Translations under genes and position numbers: made by a program
Part shown: piece after piece, positions 27,041 to 36,585 of the stretch
Layout: every line of letters begins with the position of its first letter
How positions within the stretch are numbered: the stretch's first letter is position 1
Assembly (NCBI GenBank): GCA_949300345.1
Contig: CASGDR010000008.1
Location: 149,096 to 213,095, forward strand
Origin: an uncultured bacterium
Lineage (GTDB): Bacteria; Bacillota_I; Bacilli_A; RFN20; CAG-826
Length of the DNA: 64,000 nucleotides
Reading direction: 5' to 3'
The notes under the pieces: generated by a model
Databases searched by the model: none
The model's input: only the letters and a program-made list of their open reading frames with translations
What the model was told of the DNA's origin: nothing

Positions 27041-29685
27041 TCCTCCTCCTTGCTTGGATACTGCATGGTGATGCAGTGGATGCCCCCGCCTCCGAGCAGT
27101 ATTTCCCGGGAATAGACCATGTGGATGGTCTTGTTGGGGAATAGATCCATCAGGATCCGCATTGCCGTTTCGTCTTCGGGGATATCGAAGGCCGGGGCGA
27201 CGACAAAGTCATGACCCTGATAGAAGTTCACATAGGAAGCGGCTAGTCTCCTACCGGCCTTCCTCTGGTCGAGGGTATCCTTGAGGACCGAGTAGCCCTT
27301 GGCCTCATCCCTATCCATGCATAGAGGGGGATTGGGAAGGGGCAAGAAATCGATCTTCAGTCTGCGGCCTTGGGCATCCTTGGCCTTGCGCAGGGCCTTG
27401 TAGGTCTCTTCGCAGTATTGGTATTGGGGATCGGTCTTGTCCTCGGTATAGGCCATGACCACATGGCCCGGTTCAACATAGGCGACCATGTTATCGACAT
27501 GTTCGTTGGTCTCGTCGAGATAGATGCCATGGGGAATCCAGATGATCTTTTCCACCCCGAGATAGCCCCTGAGGACTTCCTCGATTTCCTCTTTGCTCAA
27601 TTGGGGGTTGCGCCCTTTGGAAAGCAGGCAGGCTTCGGTGACGATGAGGGTCCCTTCCCCGTCGGTAGCAATCGAGCCGCCTTCGAGGACGAAGTTCTGA
27701 AGATGGTAGGAATGCAGGTGGTATCTCCTGGAGATGAGAGAGGCAAGCTTATCGTCGTCGAGATAGTCGCTATATAATCCGTCGACTTCCCCGCCGTAGC
27801 CGTTGAAGCGGAAATCGACGGTCCTTAGCTGCCCTTCTCCGTTACGCAGAAAAATCGGGAATGTGTCCCTAGCCCAGGCGTCGTTATAGCGGACCTGGAT
27901 TACCGACACGTTGGGAATGGCGGAAAATTCGGGGGCTTCTTTCTTGTAGATGCGAGGATGGATGCCGACGATGACGGGCTCATGCTCGGCGATGGCCTTG
28001 GCCACATCCTTGAATTCCTCGATGGCCAAGGTCCCCTTCTTCCTCCAGGTATCCGACCTATATGGAAGCAGCATGAAGGTGGCCTGGTGCTTTTCCCCTT
28101 CGAAGGGCAAGCGATAGCCGTCGTCATTGGGGACGGTCATTCTCTTGCGGAAGTAATCCTTGAGCCTCTTTTCATAATAGGGGTATCTCTTCCACTGGGT
28201 GGTATCGATGATCTCAAAGCCTTTGGGATAATTCGAAAGCAAGGTCACCCCGGCCTTCTGGTAATGCTTGAGCCGCTCGATGAGTTCCTTGGTCCAGACC
28301 TCGCCCGGGCAGATGATGGGGATGCCCGGCGGATACATCATGACCTGCTCTTTGGAAACCGCTCCGTCGACCTCGGAAATGGGAACTACCTTGCCGGGGG
28401 CATGGAAGGCCGAACGGGGACGGACGATCATGAAGGGGAAGGAAGAATCGAAGTGATGGTCCTCATAGACCACATCTTCATGAAAATGCTCTTTGGAAAC
28501 GTCTTTGAGGGCCGCGACCAAGGCATCGACGTGCTCCTTGGTAGAGCCTATGGTCAAAACGCCCATGATCGCGTAGGTTTCGGCCAGCTCCATCTGGATG
28601 TGGTATTTGGTCTTGAGCAAACGGTATAGCTCGAATCCGTTGATATTGAGGCGGTCAAGTTCGATGACGAGTTTGGAAATGTCATAGTCATAGCAACCGT
28701 GCTTGAGGAAGTGTTCCTTGCCCACGGCCTTGAAGCCTGGGATTTCCTTGATGAGCTTGCGGGCATATTTGGAAAGCTCATATAAATCTTCGGCGGCCTT
28801 CCGCCCTTCCTTGGAAGCCATGAAGGAGCGGGCCCCGTCGACGGAGGCGATAAGCAAACTTGATGGGGAAGTGGTGGTCAAAACATTGAGGACCTTCTGG
28901 ATGTCCTCGCGCTTGAATATGCCGCGGTTGAGCAATAGCACCGAAGACTGGGTAAGCGAACCCACGGTCTTGTGGAAGGAAGCGCTCGAAAGGTCGGCGC
29001 CGGCCTCCATGGCCGAGATGGGCGAGCCGTGGGCGTGAAAGTAATAATGGGCCCCATGGGCTTCGTCCACAAGGACCGCCATCCCGCGTTCATGGGCGAA
29101 TTCGACGATGGACTTGAGGTCCCCGACCGCCCCGAAATAGGTGGGGTTGATGACGAAGACGGCCTTGGCCGAGGGGTTCTTGACGATGGCTTTCTTCCAA
29201 TCCGTCAAAGAGGGTTGGTTGGCGATTTCCAGTTCGGTATCGATTTCCGGCATCACGAAGATCGGTACGGCACCCGAAAGGACGAGCCCGTTGATGATGG
29301 ACTTATGGACATTGCGGGGCAGGATGATCTTATCTCCGGCCCGGCAGGCCGCCATGATCATGGCCTGGATGCCGCCGGAGGTGCCGTTTACTAGGAAAAA
29401 GGCTTCGTCGGCCTTGCAGGCTTTGGCCAAAAGGCGTTCGGATTCGAGGACCACGCCTTTGGGATTGGCGAGGTTATCCAAGCCTAGCGGGGAGTTGAGG
29501 TCGCACTCATAGATCCTCTTCCCCAGCACGTGGATGGCGGGATTATCGATGTTGCCCAAGTGGTGTCCGGGGACATCAAAGGGAATGACGTTTTCGTCGG
29601 TGTAATTGTTCAAGGCGGACAAAAACGGGGTATCCGTCTGTTTCAAAGGGGTGGCCTTGAGGTTCTTCTTAACGCTTTCTGGCAT
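27037..29685 (-). CDS. Fusion protein: fold-I PLP Orn/Lys/Arg decarboxylase (Bacillus SpeA-type arginine decarboxylase, ~aa 1-495) plus agmatine deiminase (AguA, ~aa 510-882)
   Basis: N-part: FDVPGHHLGN, DEAHGAHY, SASFHKTVGSLTQ (PLP Lys), YPPGIPIICPGE. C-part: NDAWARDTFP, VLEGGSIATDGEGTLIVTEACLL, ETNEHVDNM, LAASYVNF, GGGGIHCITMQ (Cys nucleophile). Confidence 0.85.
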   Translation of the reverse strand: MPESVKKNLKATPLKQTDTPFLSALNNYTDENVIPFDVPGHHLGNIDNPAIHVLGKRIYECDLNSPLGLDNLANPKGVVLESERLLAKACKADEAFFLVNGTSGGIQAMIMAACRAGDKIILPRNVHKSIINGLVLSGAVPIFVMPEIDTELEIANQPSLTDWKKAIVKNPSAKAVFVINPTYFGAVGDLKSIVEFAHERGMAVLVDEAHGAHYYFHAHGSPISAMEAGADLSSASFHKTVGSLTQSSVLLLNRGIFKREDIQKVLNVLTTTSPSSLLIASVDGARSFMASKEGRKAAEDLYELSKYARKLIKEIPGFKAVGKEHFLKHGCYDYDISKLVIELDRLNINGFELYRLLKTKYHIQMELAETYAIMGVLTIGSTKEHVDALVAALKDVSKEHFHEDVVYEDHHFDSSFPFMIVRPRSAFHAPGKVVPISEVDGAVSKEQVMMYPPGIPIICPGEVWTKELIERLKHYQKAGVTLLSNYPKGFEIIDTTQWKRYPYYEKRLKDYFRKRMTVPNDDGYRLPFEGEKHQATFMLLPYRSDTWRKKGTLAIEEFKDVAKAIAEHEPVIVGIHPRIYKKEAPEFSAIPNVSVIQVRYNDAWARDTFPIFLRNGEGQLRTVDFRFNGYGGEVDGLYSDYLDDDKLASLISRRYHLHSYHLQNFVLEGGSIATDGEGTLIVTEACLLSKGRNPQLSKEEIEEVLRGYLGVEKIIWIPHGIYLDETNEHVDNMVAYVEPGHVVMAYTEDKTDPQYQYCEETYKALRKAKDAQGRRLKIDFLPLPNPPLCMDRDEAKGYSVLKDTLDQRKAGRRLAASYVNFYQGHDFVVAPAFDIPEDETAMRILMDLFPNKTIHMVYSREILLGGGGIHCITMQYPSKEEE

Positions 29686-30310
29686 TTTTTCTTTCTTGCT
29701 CTTTTTTCGCTTTTTCTTCTTTGGCCTGCTGGTGCATCTTCACCAGCTTGCGGTCTTCCTCAGTGAGGAAGGAGTAGTAATCGTCGATCTTGAAGTCGAG
29801 GACGTCATTTATCCAATAAAGGGTCAGCAGGTGCTTCTGATACTCGGAGATGAAGGCCATGTAGTCCTTGCAGGGCAGTTTGCCTTCGACTAGGGCCTCA
29901 TCGAAGAATTCATCGACGGCGTCCTTGGAGGCCATCGGGAAGAATTTCTGGATTTCCACCGGACCGATGTGCCCGTTGAACCTACCAAGGGGCAACAGGC
30001 GGTCAACCTCATGGATGGGAAGGAAGTGGATGTGCTTGTCCAAACCCTTGACCCACATCCCGGTCTTGATGATGAGGGTAACCAGCTTCCTATACCCTTC
30101 GACGGTGATGAAGCCAGCCAGTTCGGAAATGTCCTTGCCGGCCCAATAATAGTCGATCAGGATTTTGTTTCTTCCCTCCACATGCATATAAGGAAGAAGC
30201 AAAGGGACATTGATGCCTTCGAAGGTCCCGTCCTTAGAAGCCAAACACTGCTCGGCAAGGTATCTAAGCCCTTCTTGGCTATAGGAATAAAGCTGGTGGA
30301 AATGGTCCAT
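29669..30310 (-). CDS. Hypothetical protein (213 aa) with a K/E-rich tail. Its 3' end overlaps the speA::aguA start by 17 nt.
   Basis: The ORF fills the gap and sits in the coupled gene string. I recognise no family. Confidence 0.5.
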   Translation of the reverse strand: MDHFHQLYSYSQEGLRYLAEQCLASKDGTFEGINVPLLLPYMHVEGRNKILIDYYWAGKDISELAGFITVEGYRKLVTLIIKTGMWVKGLDKHIHFLPIHEVDRLLPLGRFNGHIGPVEIQKFFPMASKDAVDEFFDEALVEGKLPCKDYMAFISEYQKHLLTLYWINDVLDFKIDDYYSFLTEEDRKLVKMHQQAKEEKAKKEQERKNARKR

Positions 30311-30386
30311 GGCTAGATTTTCCCCTTTGGGGAGGTATTAGGCAACCTTGTTTAAGCAAAGATGTGGTTTAGGGCACATCCGTTCT

Positions 30387-30833
30387 TCAATCTAGGATGG
30401 TGACACTTCCTGTGGCGCTTATCTCTAACCTATCGCCGTCTTTGACGCTATCTAGGAATTCCTTGCCTAGATTATCTATGCAAATCAAAGGTGATTTTTC
30501 GAAAATGTTGGCTAGTAGCACCCCAGAGGCAGCTAGGCTATCGATGGGTTCGCTGAAGAGCATCGCGGCCGGAGCCAAGCCCCTGGCGGCGATGGTCTGG
30601 ATGACGATGCCCCCGGTGGTCGAGCCGATGGTGATGGGAAGGCAGAGGGCTTTGCCGGTGATGTTTTTCCCATATAGGTCTTTGTTGTTCTGGTCGGCCA
30701 CGATGATTTCCTTGGCCTTTTTCTTCAGGGCGCTTTTCTGGCAGGAGGCCAAGGTATTGAAGCCCTGGTGGGAGACGACCGCCTCAAGGGTGGCTTCCCC
30801 GGCGGTTACGACCCTTCCTTTGAATGTTTTCAT
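30387..30833 (-). CDS. Aconitase X swivel-domain subunit (DUF126)
   Basis: It has KGRVVTAGEATLEAVVSHQGFNTLA and GSTTGG. There is a 4-nt overlap with the upstream DUF521 gene. Confidence 0.8.
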   Translation of the reverse strand: MKTFKGRVVTAGEATLEAVVSHQGFNTLASCQKSALKKKAKEIIVADQNNKDLYGKNITGKALCLPITIGSTTGGIVIQTIAARGLAPAAMLFSEPIDSLAASGVLLANIFEKSPLICIDNLGKEFLDSVKDGDRLEISATGSVTILD

Positions 30834-32128
30834 CTCTTCTCCTTTCCGCAGATGATGGCAAGCACTTCCTCATCCTTCATGTAACGGGCCGTGGAATAGG
30901 TCCTCAGCTTGTTGGAGTTGGTGATGATGCGATGGGATTTGGTCAGCGGGTTATTGGTGTACATCAAAGGGCAGATGGAGCTCAGATGGGCCCCGGTCTT
31001 TAAGAAAATCTCATAGGAGGGTCCTTTCTTGAACTCCTCCACAACCGCGGGGGCCGCGGTGAGAATGACGTTGATGGTAACCTTCTCAAGCCCGGATTCC
31101 TCAAGGCCCTTCTTGATGTTATGGGTCCAGTCCTCAAGCTGCTTGGCGGTCAGATGGGGACAGCCGATGAAGGCCATGTCAGGCTTCTTCTTGGGCTTTT
31201 TCCACATGATGGGATAGGAGGCATAGACTCTTTCGAGTTCCTCGTCATCGATGACATAGGTCTTGAATCCGGAGGCAAGCAGACGCCCTTTGTTGGCCTT
31301 GGCCTCGGGCGTGATGTTCTCGACATGGAATAGGCCCACCGCCCCGTTTGAAGCGGCCGCGGCCCCCATGTCCTTGAGATAGCCGACGGTATCCTCATCG
31401 GGCAAGTCCTCGATATAGGCATCCAAGCCTTCGATATAGGGCACTTCGTCCATGACCTTCATGCCGATGGCCGAGCCTAGGATCTGGGCTTCGGGTTTCT
31501 TGGAGGTGTTGACGATGATTCTCCAGGTCGCTTTCCTTCCCTCATCGGTAAGAAGGCCGAATTCCGGAACCATCCCGAGGATGGACCCGAATAGGTCGAG
31601 GTTGGCGGAGTTGCGGTTGCACCTGGCTCCAAGCACCGAGTTGGCAAAGACCACCGCAGAGGATTCGCTCCAGGAGAGGATATCCCCCATCTCCGGGGTA
31701 TTGCCGACTTCCGGAAGATAGGCGGTGCAGGAGAAGGCCGACTTATCGATGAGCCCGACCTTGGCGAGCTGCTTTTCGTAGCGGGCCTGTTCCCCATACA
31801 TGATTTTCGAGAAGACGATCTTCTCCAAGAATGAGCATTTGACGTTTTTGTAGTCGAAGGGCCGAGGGTCCATGGTAAAGCCGCCTTCGGCCTTTTCCCC
31901 CGAATTGATGATTTTGTCCATCATCGGGTATAGCGGGGTCAAAAGAGGTATCCCGAAACTGGTAACCAAATGCCCCGTCTTATGGGTGATGGGCACCATT
32001 CTGGTCGCTCCGAAAAGATCGCCGAAGCGGACTAAGGTTTCCATCATCTTGGCTTTGACTTCCCCTTCTTTGCCCTCGAGGATCCCCCGCTCCCTCTCGG
32101 TAAGGGTCATTTTTGGTTGGTAAGCCAT
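30830..32128 (-). CDS. Aconitase X catalytic subunit (DUF521)
   Basis: It has MTLTERERGILEGKEGEVKAKMMETLVRFGDLFGA...PITH, an N-terminus typical of AcnX. Confidence 0.8.
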   Translation of the reverse strand: MAYQPKMTLTERERGILEGKEGEVKAKMMETLVRFGDLFGATRMVPITHKTGHLVTSFGIPLLTPLYPMMDKIINSGEKAEGGFTMDPRPFDYKNVKCSFLEKIVFSKIMYGEQARYEKQLAKVGLIDKSAFSCTAYLPEVGNTPEMGDILSWSESSAVVFANSVLGARCNRNSANLDLFGSILGMVPEFGLLTDEGRKATWRIIVNTSKKPEAQILGSAIGMKVMDEVPYIEGLDAYIEDLPDEDTVGYLKDMGAAAASNGAVGLFHVENITPEAKANKGRLLASGFKTYVIDDEELERVYASYPIMWKKPKKKPDMAFIGCPHLTAKQLEDWTHNIKKGLEESGLEKVTINVILTAAPAVVEEFKKGPSYEIFLKTGAHLSSICPLMYTNNPLTKSHRIITNSNKLRTYSTARYMKDEEVLAIICGKEKR

Positions 32129-32152
32129 GACATTCCTCCTTGATTAGAATGT

Positions 32153-33901
32153 TTAGGTGAACTTGTCATCGAAGGCCTTTTTGGCCTCGATGTTCAGTTC
32201 CCTTACATATTTACTTTCTACCTTAACTACCTTTCGGTCAAAGGTAACTAGGCCGTTGACTTCACCTTCCACATCCGAAAGTTGGGTGAGGACCGCCATG
32301 GAAAGTCCGGCCCTTTTTATATTCCCCACGATGTCTTTATGGAAGAGTTTCCTTAGTCCCTTGAGCAATTTCTCCGGACTTGAAAAGTACTTGTAGCCAA
32401 AGGTCTTTTTACTGGCCATATGCCCCTTTACCTTCATCGAATATCCGCCGTATTCGCTGAGAGATAGGATGCGGACCTTGTCATTATGTAGTCTTGCCCT
32501 ACGGAAATAGACATGCCGGGACTTGAAGTCCCCGCAGCCCATGTCAAACCATCCGGAAGAGGAATCGATGAGCCTGTTGCTATCGATCACGGAGACCATG
32601 GAGGTAACCGAAACGGAGTCGAATTGCCCCCAACCTTCGTTGAAGGGCGACCACATGAAAAGCGAAGCCGAATTGTAGAGATATTCAATCGTCGGTTTCA
32701 CACAATCGAGATAGAATCTGCGGGATTTTTCCTCTTTTCTGCCCAATAAACGGTGCATAGAGTCACGTATGGGAAGCTTGAAGAAAGGAGCCAATACGAT
32801 GAGCCAGCTTTTGTACTTGGCCCCGCCGTTTACAAAGTCCTGAGAGATGAGCATTCCGGCCTTATCGGCCAGATAGTAGAATCTTGGAATCTCCAGTTTG
32901 ATGTGTTTCCTTAGGCAATTGAAACCCATCTTCTTGGCCAGATGGATATCCTTTTCATAGTCTTCATAGGACATAGGAGTTAGGCCCGAATCTTCCCAGT
33001 AGCCTTGGTCAAGTAGAGCCGAAACGAAGGTCGGTTTGCCATTTATGGATATCACATGGAATTTGCCAAGGGTCTTGGCCTGGTATTTGCGAAGCCCGGC
33101 ATGGCTATATACCACATCGTCCTGATATGAGATTTCGAAGTCATATAATTCAGGGCTTTCCGGCGAATAAGGGAAGCATTCCCCTTTTTCGTCCTTCGCG
33201 GAGACGGTGGTCACGTATTCCCCGTCCTGATCCTTCTCTATAAGGGTCGAGCTTACTATTTTGCCATTATGAAGGAGTGTAATTTTCGCCTCGCCTTTTT
33301 TGCCAACAAGGCCGAGCTTTACTTCAAACTGCTTCCTATTGAAATGCGGACTAATGAGGATCTTGTTGATATGCCCGGCTTTGGGGATGGATTCAAGATA
33401 GACCGGCCCATATATGCCTGAGGTCGGGGTATACCAGATGCCTTTGGGGCGATTGGATTGCTTGCCACGGGGATAGATGGAGGAATCGGTGTCATCTTTT
33501 ACGATCACTTCCAAAAGATTCTCTTTTTCATATTCGGGAATCTCAAAGCAAAAGGGCAAATAGCCTCCTTCGTGCTTACCAAGCAGCCGTCCGTTGAAAT
33601 AGACCTCGGCAATCTGGTCCACGAAGGTGAAATGAAGAAGGAGGATATCCCCTTCCATCTCATCGGGTATATGAACGGTCCTACGGTAATGGAGATAGTC
33701 ATCCTTATTTACCCTTTGCCCGATTCCGGATGCTTTGGTTTCCACCGCGAAGGGGACAATGATCTCTTTGCTATAGCTCGAAGGCCTTTTGGGTGATTTG
33801 GTAATCTCAAAATCCCAGGGCCCGTTGAGGCTCAGGTAGGATTTCCTTTCAAAATAAGGATTGGGGTGTTCCTTTAGAGGAACGTTGGGGCTAGGTATCA
33901 C
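32153..33901 (-). CDS. Glycoside hydrolase family 2-like enzyme (no signal peptide, GTG start)
   Basis: It has NGPWDFEI, a sugar-binding-domain pattern, a TIM-barrel part with MWSPFNEGWGQ, and HIKLE. Confidence 0.75.
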   Translation of the reverse strand: MIPSPNVPLKEHPNPYFERKSYLSLNGPWDFEITKSPKRPSSYSKEIIVPFAVETKASGIGQRVNKDDYLHYRRTVHIPDEMEGDILLLHFTFVDQIAEVYFNGRLLGKHEGGYLPFCFEIPEYEKENLLEVIVKDDTDSSIYPRGKQSNRPKGIWYTPTSGIYGPVYLESIPKAGHINKILISPHFNRKQFEVKLGLVGKKGEAKITLLHNGKIVSSTLIEKDQDGEYVTTVSAKDEKGECFPYSPESPELYDFEISYQDDVVYSHAGLRKYQAKTLGKFHVISINGKPTFVSALLDQGYWEDSGLTPMSYEDYEKDIHLAKKMGFNCLRKHIKLEIPRFYYLADKAGMLISQDFVNGGAKYKSWLIVLAPFFKLPIRDSMHRLLGRKEEKSRRFYLDCVKPTIEYLYNSASLFMWSPFNEGWGQFDSVSVTSMVSVIDSNRLIDSSSGWFDMGCGDFKSRHVYFRRARLHNDKVRILSLSEYGGYSMKVKGHMASKKTFGYKYFSSPEKLLKGLRKLFHKDIVGNIKRAGLSMAVLTQLSDVEGEVNGLVTFDRKVVKVESKYVRELNIEAKKAFDDKFT

Positions 33902-34014
33902 TTAGCCATTTTAGCATCTCGTCTTGATGGCTAATAGAAGCCCGGGTAAAGATTGGGCAAGGTGCAACATAGCGAATTCGATGCATTGGAGATACCCCTT
34001 TCCCATTGGTGGTT

Positions 34015-34020
34015 TAGAAT
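34015..34020 (+). promoter_or_regulatory. Putative -10 TAGAAT, 6 nt upstream of the M24 peptidase ATG (leaderless-type)
   Basis: The sequence reads GGTTTAGAATTTTCCCATG. No SD is present. Confidence 0.35.
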
Positions 34021-34026
34021 TTTCCC

Positions 34027-35196
34027 ATGCAGTGCAAAGACATCGTTTCCTTCCTTTCTAGAAGTGAGGCCGAGCTATATCTCTTTGCCGATTATGAGAT
34101 GCGCCACCCCTTCATCAATGACCTCTTCCCCAAGGCATTTCTGACTAGAAAGGTCTTCGTGGGAATCCCAAAGCAAGGCCAACCCTTCGTCATCGCCCAT
34201 AGCATCGACGAACCCTTCCTTACTCCCTTCAAGGAGTTCAAAGTCCATGTCTACCACACCTGGCAAGAGATGGATGAGTTGGTGGAAAACTGCCTTTATG
34301 GCTACAAGAAGGTAATGATGGACGTATCGGAAAAGGGCCTACTCATGCGGGTGGCCCTCGCCGATTACGGCACCGTGGATTTCATCAAGTCGCTTGGCAA
34401 GGAAATCTTCTCGAGCAAGGATCTGCTCTCCATGGGCGCCATCCTAGATGGGGGAAACATCCTTTCCATGAACAAGGCCATGGAACTCAACCTCAAGGTA
34501 AGGGATGAGACCATTGCTTTTTTAAGGGATGTCTTTTCTAGGCTAGACTCTATCTCCGAATATGAAGTCCAGCAGTTCATCCTCTCTAGGTATAAGGCCT
34601 ACGATATGGTTACCGATGAGCCGCCGATCGTCGCCATCGCTAACAACGCCAACAATCCACATTACACCCCTAGCCAAGAGGTCCATTCCATCATCACTAA
34701 AGGTGACCTCCTTCTAGTGGACATGTGGGCAAGACCGGATGAGGAAAAGGGTATTTATTCCGACATTACCTGGATGTCCTATGTAGGTACTAAAGTCCCC
34801 GAAATCTACGCAAAAGCGTTCCAAACTTTAAGAAAAGCCGTCGATGCCGGAGTAAATTTCCTCAATGGAAACCTACCTAATAGGAAGGTTCAGGGATTTG
34901 AGGTCGACCAGGTGGTGAGAAGGGTTGTGGAAAAGGATGGATACGGGCAGTGGTTTACCCACCGCACCGGACACTCCATCTACGGCGGGAATTCCTGCCA
35001 TGGGCCGGGTACCAACATCGATGACTACGAATCGCATGACGATAGGTACATCTATCCCAACACCTTGTTCAGCCATGAGCCGGGCATCTATACCCCCGAG
35101 TGGGGAATGAGGCTGGAAACCAATGTCTTCACCGACGGCAAAACAGCGACCGAAGTCGGTGGGCATCAGCAGGAAATATTCGCTTTGCTCAGTTGA
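34027..35196 (+). CDS. M24-family metallopeptidase (Xaa-Pro peptidase-like)
   Basis: It has DMWAR, HRTGHSIYG, EPGIY and RLETNV metal-ligand motifs. Confidence 0.85.
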   Translation: MQCKDIVSFLSRSEAELYLFADYEMRHPFINDLFPKAFLTRKVFVGIPKQGQPFVIAHSIDEPFLTPFKEFKVHVYHTWQEMDELVENCLYGYKKVMMDVSEKGLLMRVALADYGTVDFIKSLGKEIFSSKDLLSMGAILDGGNILSMNKAMELNLKVRDETIAFLRDVFSRLDSISEYEVQQFILSRYKAYDMVTDEPPIVAIANNANNPHYTPSQEVHSIITKGDLLLVDMWARPDEEKGIYSDITWMSYVGTKVPEIYAKAFQTLRKAVDAGVNFLNGNLPNRKVQGFEVDQVVRRVVEKDGYGQWFTHRTGHSIYGGNSCHGPGTNIDDYESHDDRYIYPNTLFSHEPGIYTPEWGMRLETNVFTDGKTATEVGGHQQEIFALLS

Positions 35197-36469
35197 CCGA
35201 GGCCTTCAGGCGTTCTGTGATGTCCTGAGCCTTTTGATATATGGCAGAAATATCCTCATCGATGAGGAAGTTCCCGTCCATATAGAGGATTTTGCCTGCG
35301 ACCATGGTCATCTTGACCACGTCCTTGGCCCCGGAATAGACAATGTTTTTGGGAATGTTGTTGATGGGCTGCATCGAGGGTTTGTTCAAGTCGATCATGA
35401 TGATGTCGGCCAAGGCGCCTTTTTCTAGATACACCGCATCATTTAGCCCCATGGCCAAGGCGCCTCCCACCGTCGCTGCCTTCAATGCGAGATAGCCGTC
35501 GAAGGCCTCCGGGTCATGGTCATTGAGCTTCTGCAGCACCGAGGCCAAGCGCATTTCATAGAAGAAATCCAAACCGTTGTTGGAGCCGGGTCCGTCGGTA
35601 CCAAGGGCAATGTTCAGCCCTTCTTTTACGAATCTGGTAAGCGGGGCGATGCCGGAAGCAAGCTTGGAATTCGAGCCGGGACAGGAAACCACATGCAGTC
35701 CGTGCTTTTTATAGATTTCGATATCGTGATCAGTAAAGGCCACGCAGTGGAAACCGCCGCCTCCGTAGTCGAATAGGCCTAAGCTTTCGATGTATTCAGG
35801 CGGGGTCATGCCGTTATGCCTAGCCTGGCATTCCTTTACTTCCTTGGGAGTCTCGGAAATATGGGTAAAGATTGGGCTCTTGAGTTCATGGGAGGCCTTG
35901 GATAGTTCGATTAGGATATCCTCAGTTGCCGTGTATTCGGCGTGGAAGCCCAAGCGGTATGTCACCAAGGGGTTTTTGCCATTGATTTCATAGTAAGCCT
36001 TCTTCATTTCCCCTACCGATTCGCGGTACTCGGTGACGGTGCCAAGAAGTACGGTCCTAAAGCCCATGTCGATGGAGGCTTTGGCCATCTCATCGGGGTT
36101 GTAATACATGTCAAAGCAAGAGGTAATCCCGGAGGTCAGGTATTCGAGGATGGCTACTTTGGAAAGGTGGTATTGGTCCTCCTTGGCTAGATTGCCCTCC
36201 ATCGGGAAAATGCGTTTGAAGAGCCAATCCTGCAACGGCAGATCGTCGGAGCAGGACCTTGAAAAGGTCATGGACGAGTGGGTATGGGCGTTTTTGAAGC
36301 CCGGCATAAGGAGGTTGCCTTCGCAGTCGATTTCCTTCGGATTCCCCTCATGTTTCTTCTTAGGTCCGATATAGGAAATGCGGTCGTCTTCGACAAGGAT
36401 TTCCCCCTCGAAAATATCCTCAGAGTCCTTCATGGTGAGAATCTTCGCGTTGGTCAATAAATAGCTCAT
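35189..36469 (-). CDS. Amidohydrolase, MtaD-like 5'-methylthioadenosine/S-adenosylhomocysteine deaminase
   Basis: It has LMPGFKNAHTHSSMT and DDLPLQDWL. The 3' end overlaps the convergent M24 gene by 8 nt. Confidence 0.75.
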   Translation of the reverse strand: MSYLLTNAKILTMKDSEDIFEGEILVEDDRISYIGPKKKHEGNPKEIDCEGNLLMPGFKNAHTHSSMTFSRSCSDDLPLQDWLFKRIFPMEGNLAKEDQYHLSKVAILEYLTSGITSCFDMYYNPDEMAKASIDMGFRTVLLGTVTEYRESVGEMKKAYYEINGKNPLVTYRLGFHAEYTATEDILIELSKASHELKSPIFTHISETPKEVKECQARHNGMTPPEYIESLGLFDYGGGGFHCVAFTDHDIEIYKKHGLHVVSCPGSNSKLASGIAPLTRFVKEGLNIALGTDGPGSNNGLDFFYEMRLASVLQKLNDHDPEAFDGYLALKAATVGGALAMGLNDAVYLEKGALADIIMIDLNKPSMQPINNIPKNIVYSGAKDVVKMTMVAGKILYMDGNFLIDEDISAIYQKAQDITERLKASVN

Positions 36470-36527
36470 GGGGATATCTTACCAACTTATCCCTTCCTTA
36501 GCCTAAAAGACGATAGGCGATAAATAT

Positions 36528-36570
36528 AAAAAAGAGGGGCCACTCGGGAGGGGGGTACCCGGGTGGCCCC
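36528..36570 (-). terminator. Intrinsic terminator of hsp20
   Basis: On the minus strand, GGGGCCAC pairs with GTGGCCCC, followed by TCTTTTTT. Confidence 0.7.
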
Positions 36571-36585
36571 ATATGCGGCTGGTGG

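Noticed and set aside
33902-33934. Inverted repeat TTAGCCAT-N17-ATGGCTAA (with an internal TTAGCATCTC) between GH2 and the M24 peptidase, considered as a fourth CIRCE
   Set aside because: The arm sequence and the 17-nt spacing do not fit TTAGCACTC-N9-GAGTGCTAA. It may be an unrelated operator, but there is no supporting evidence.
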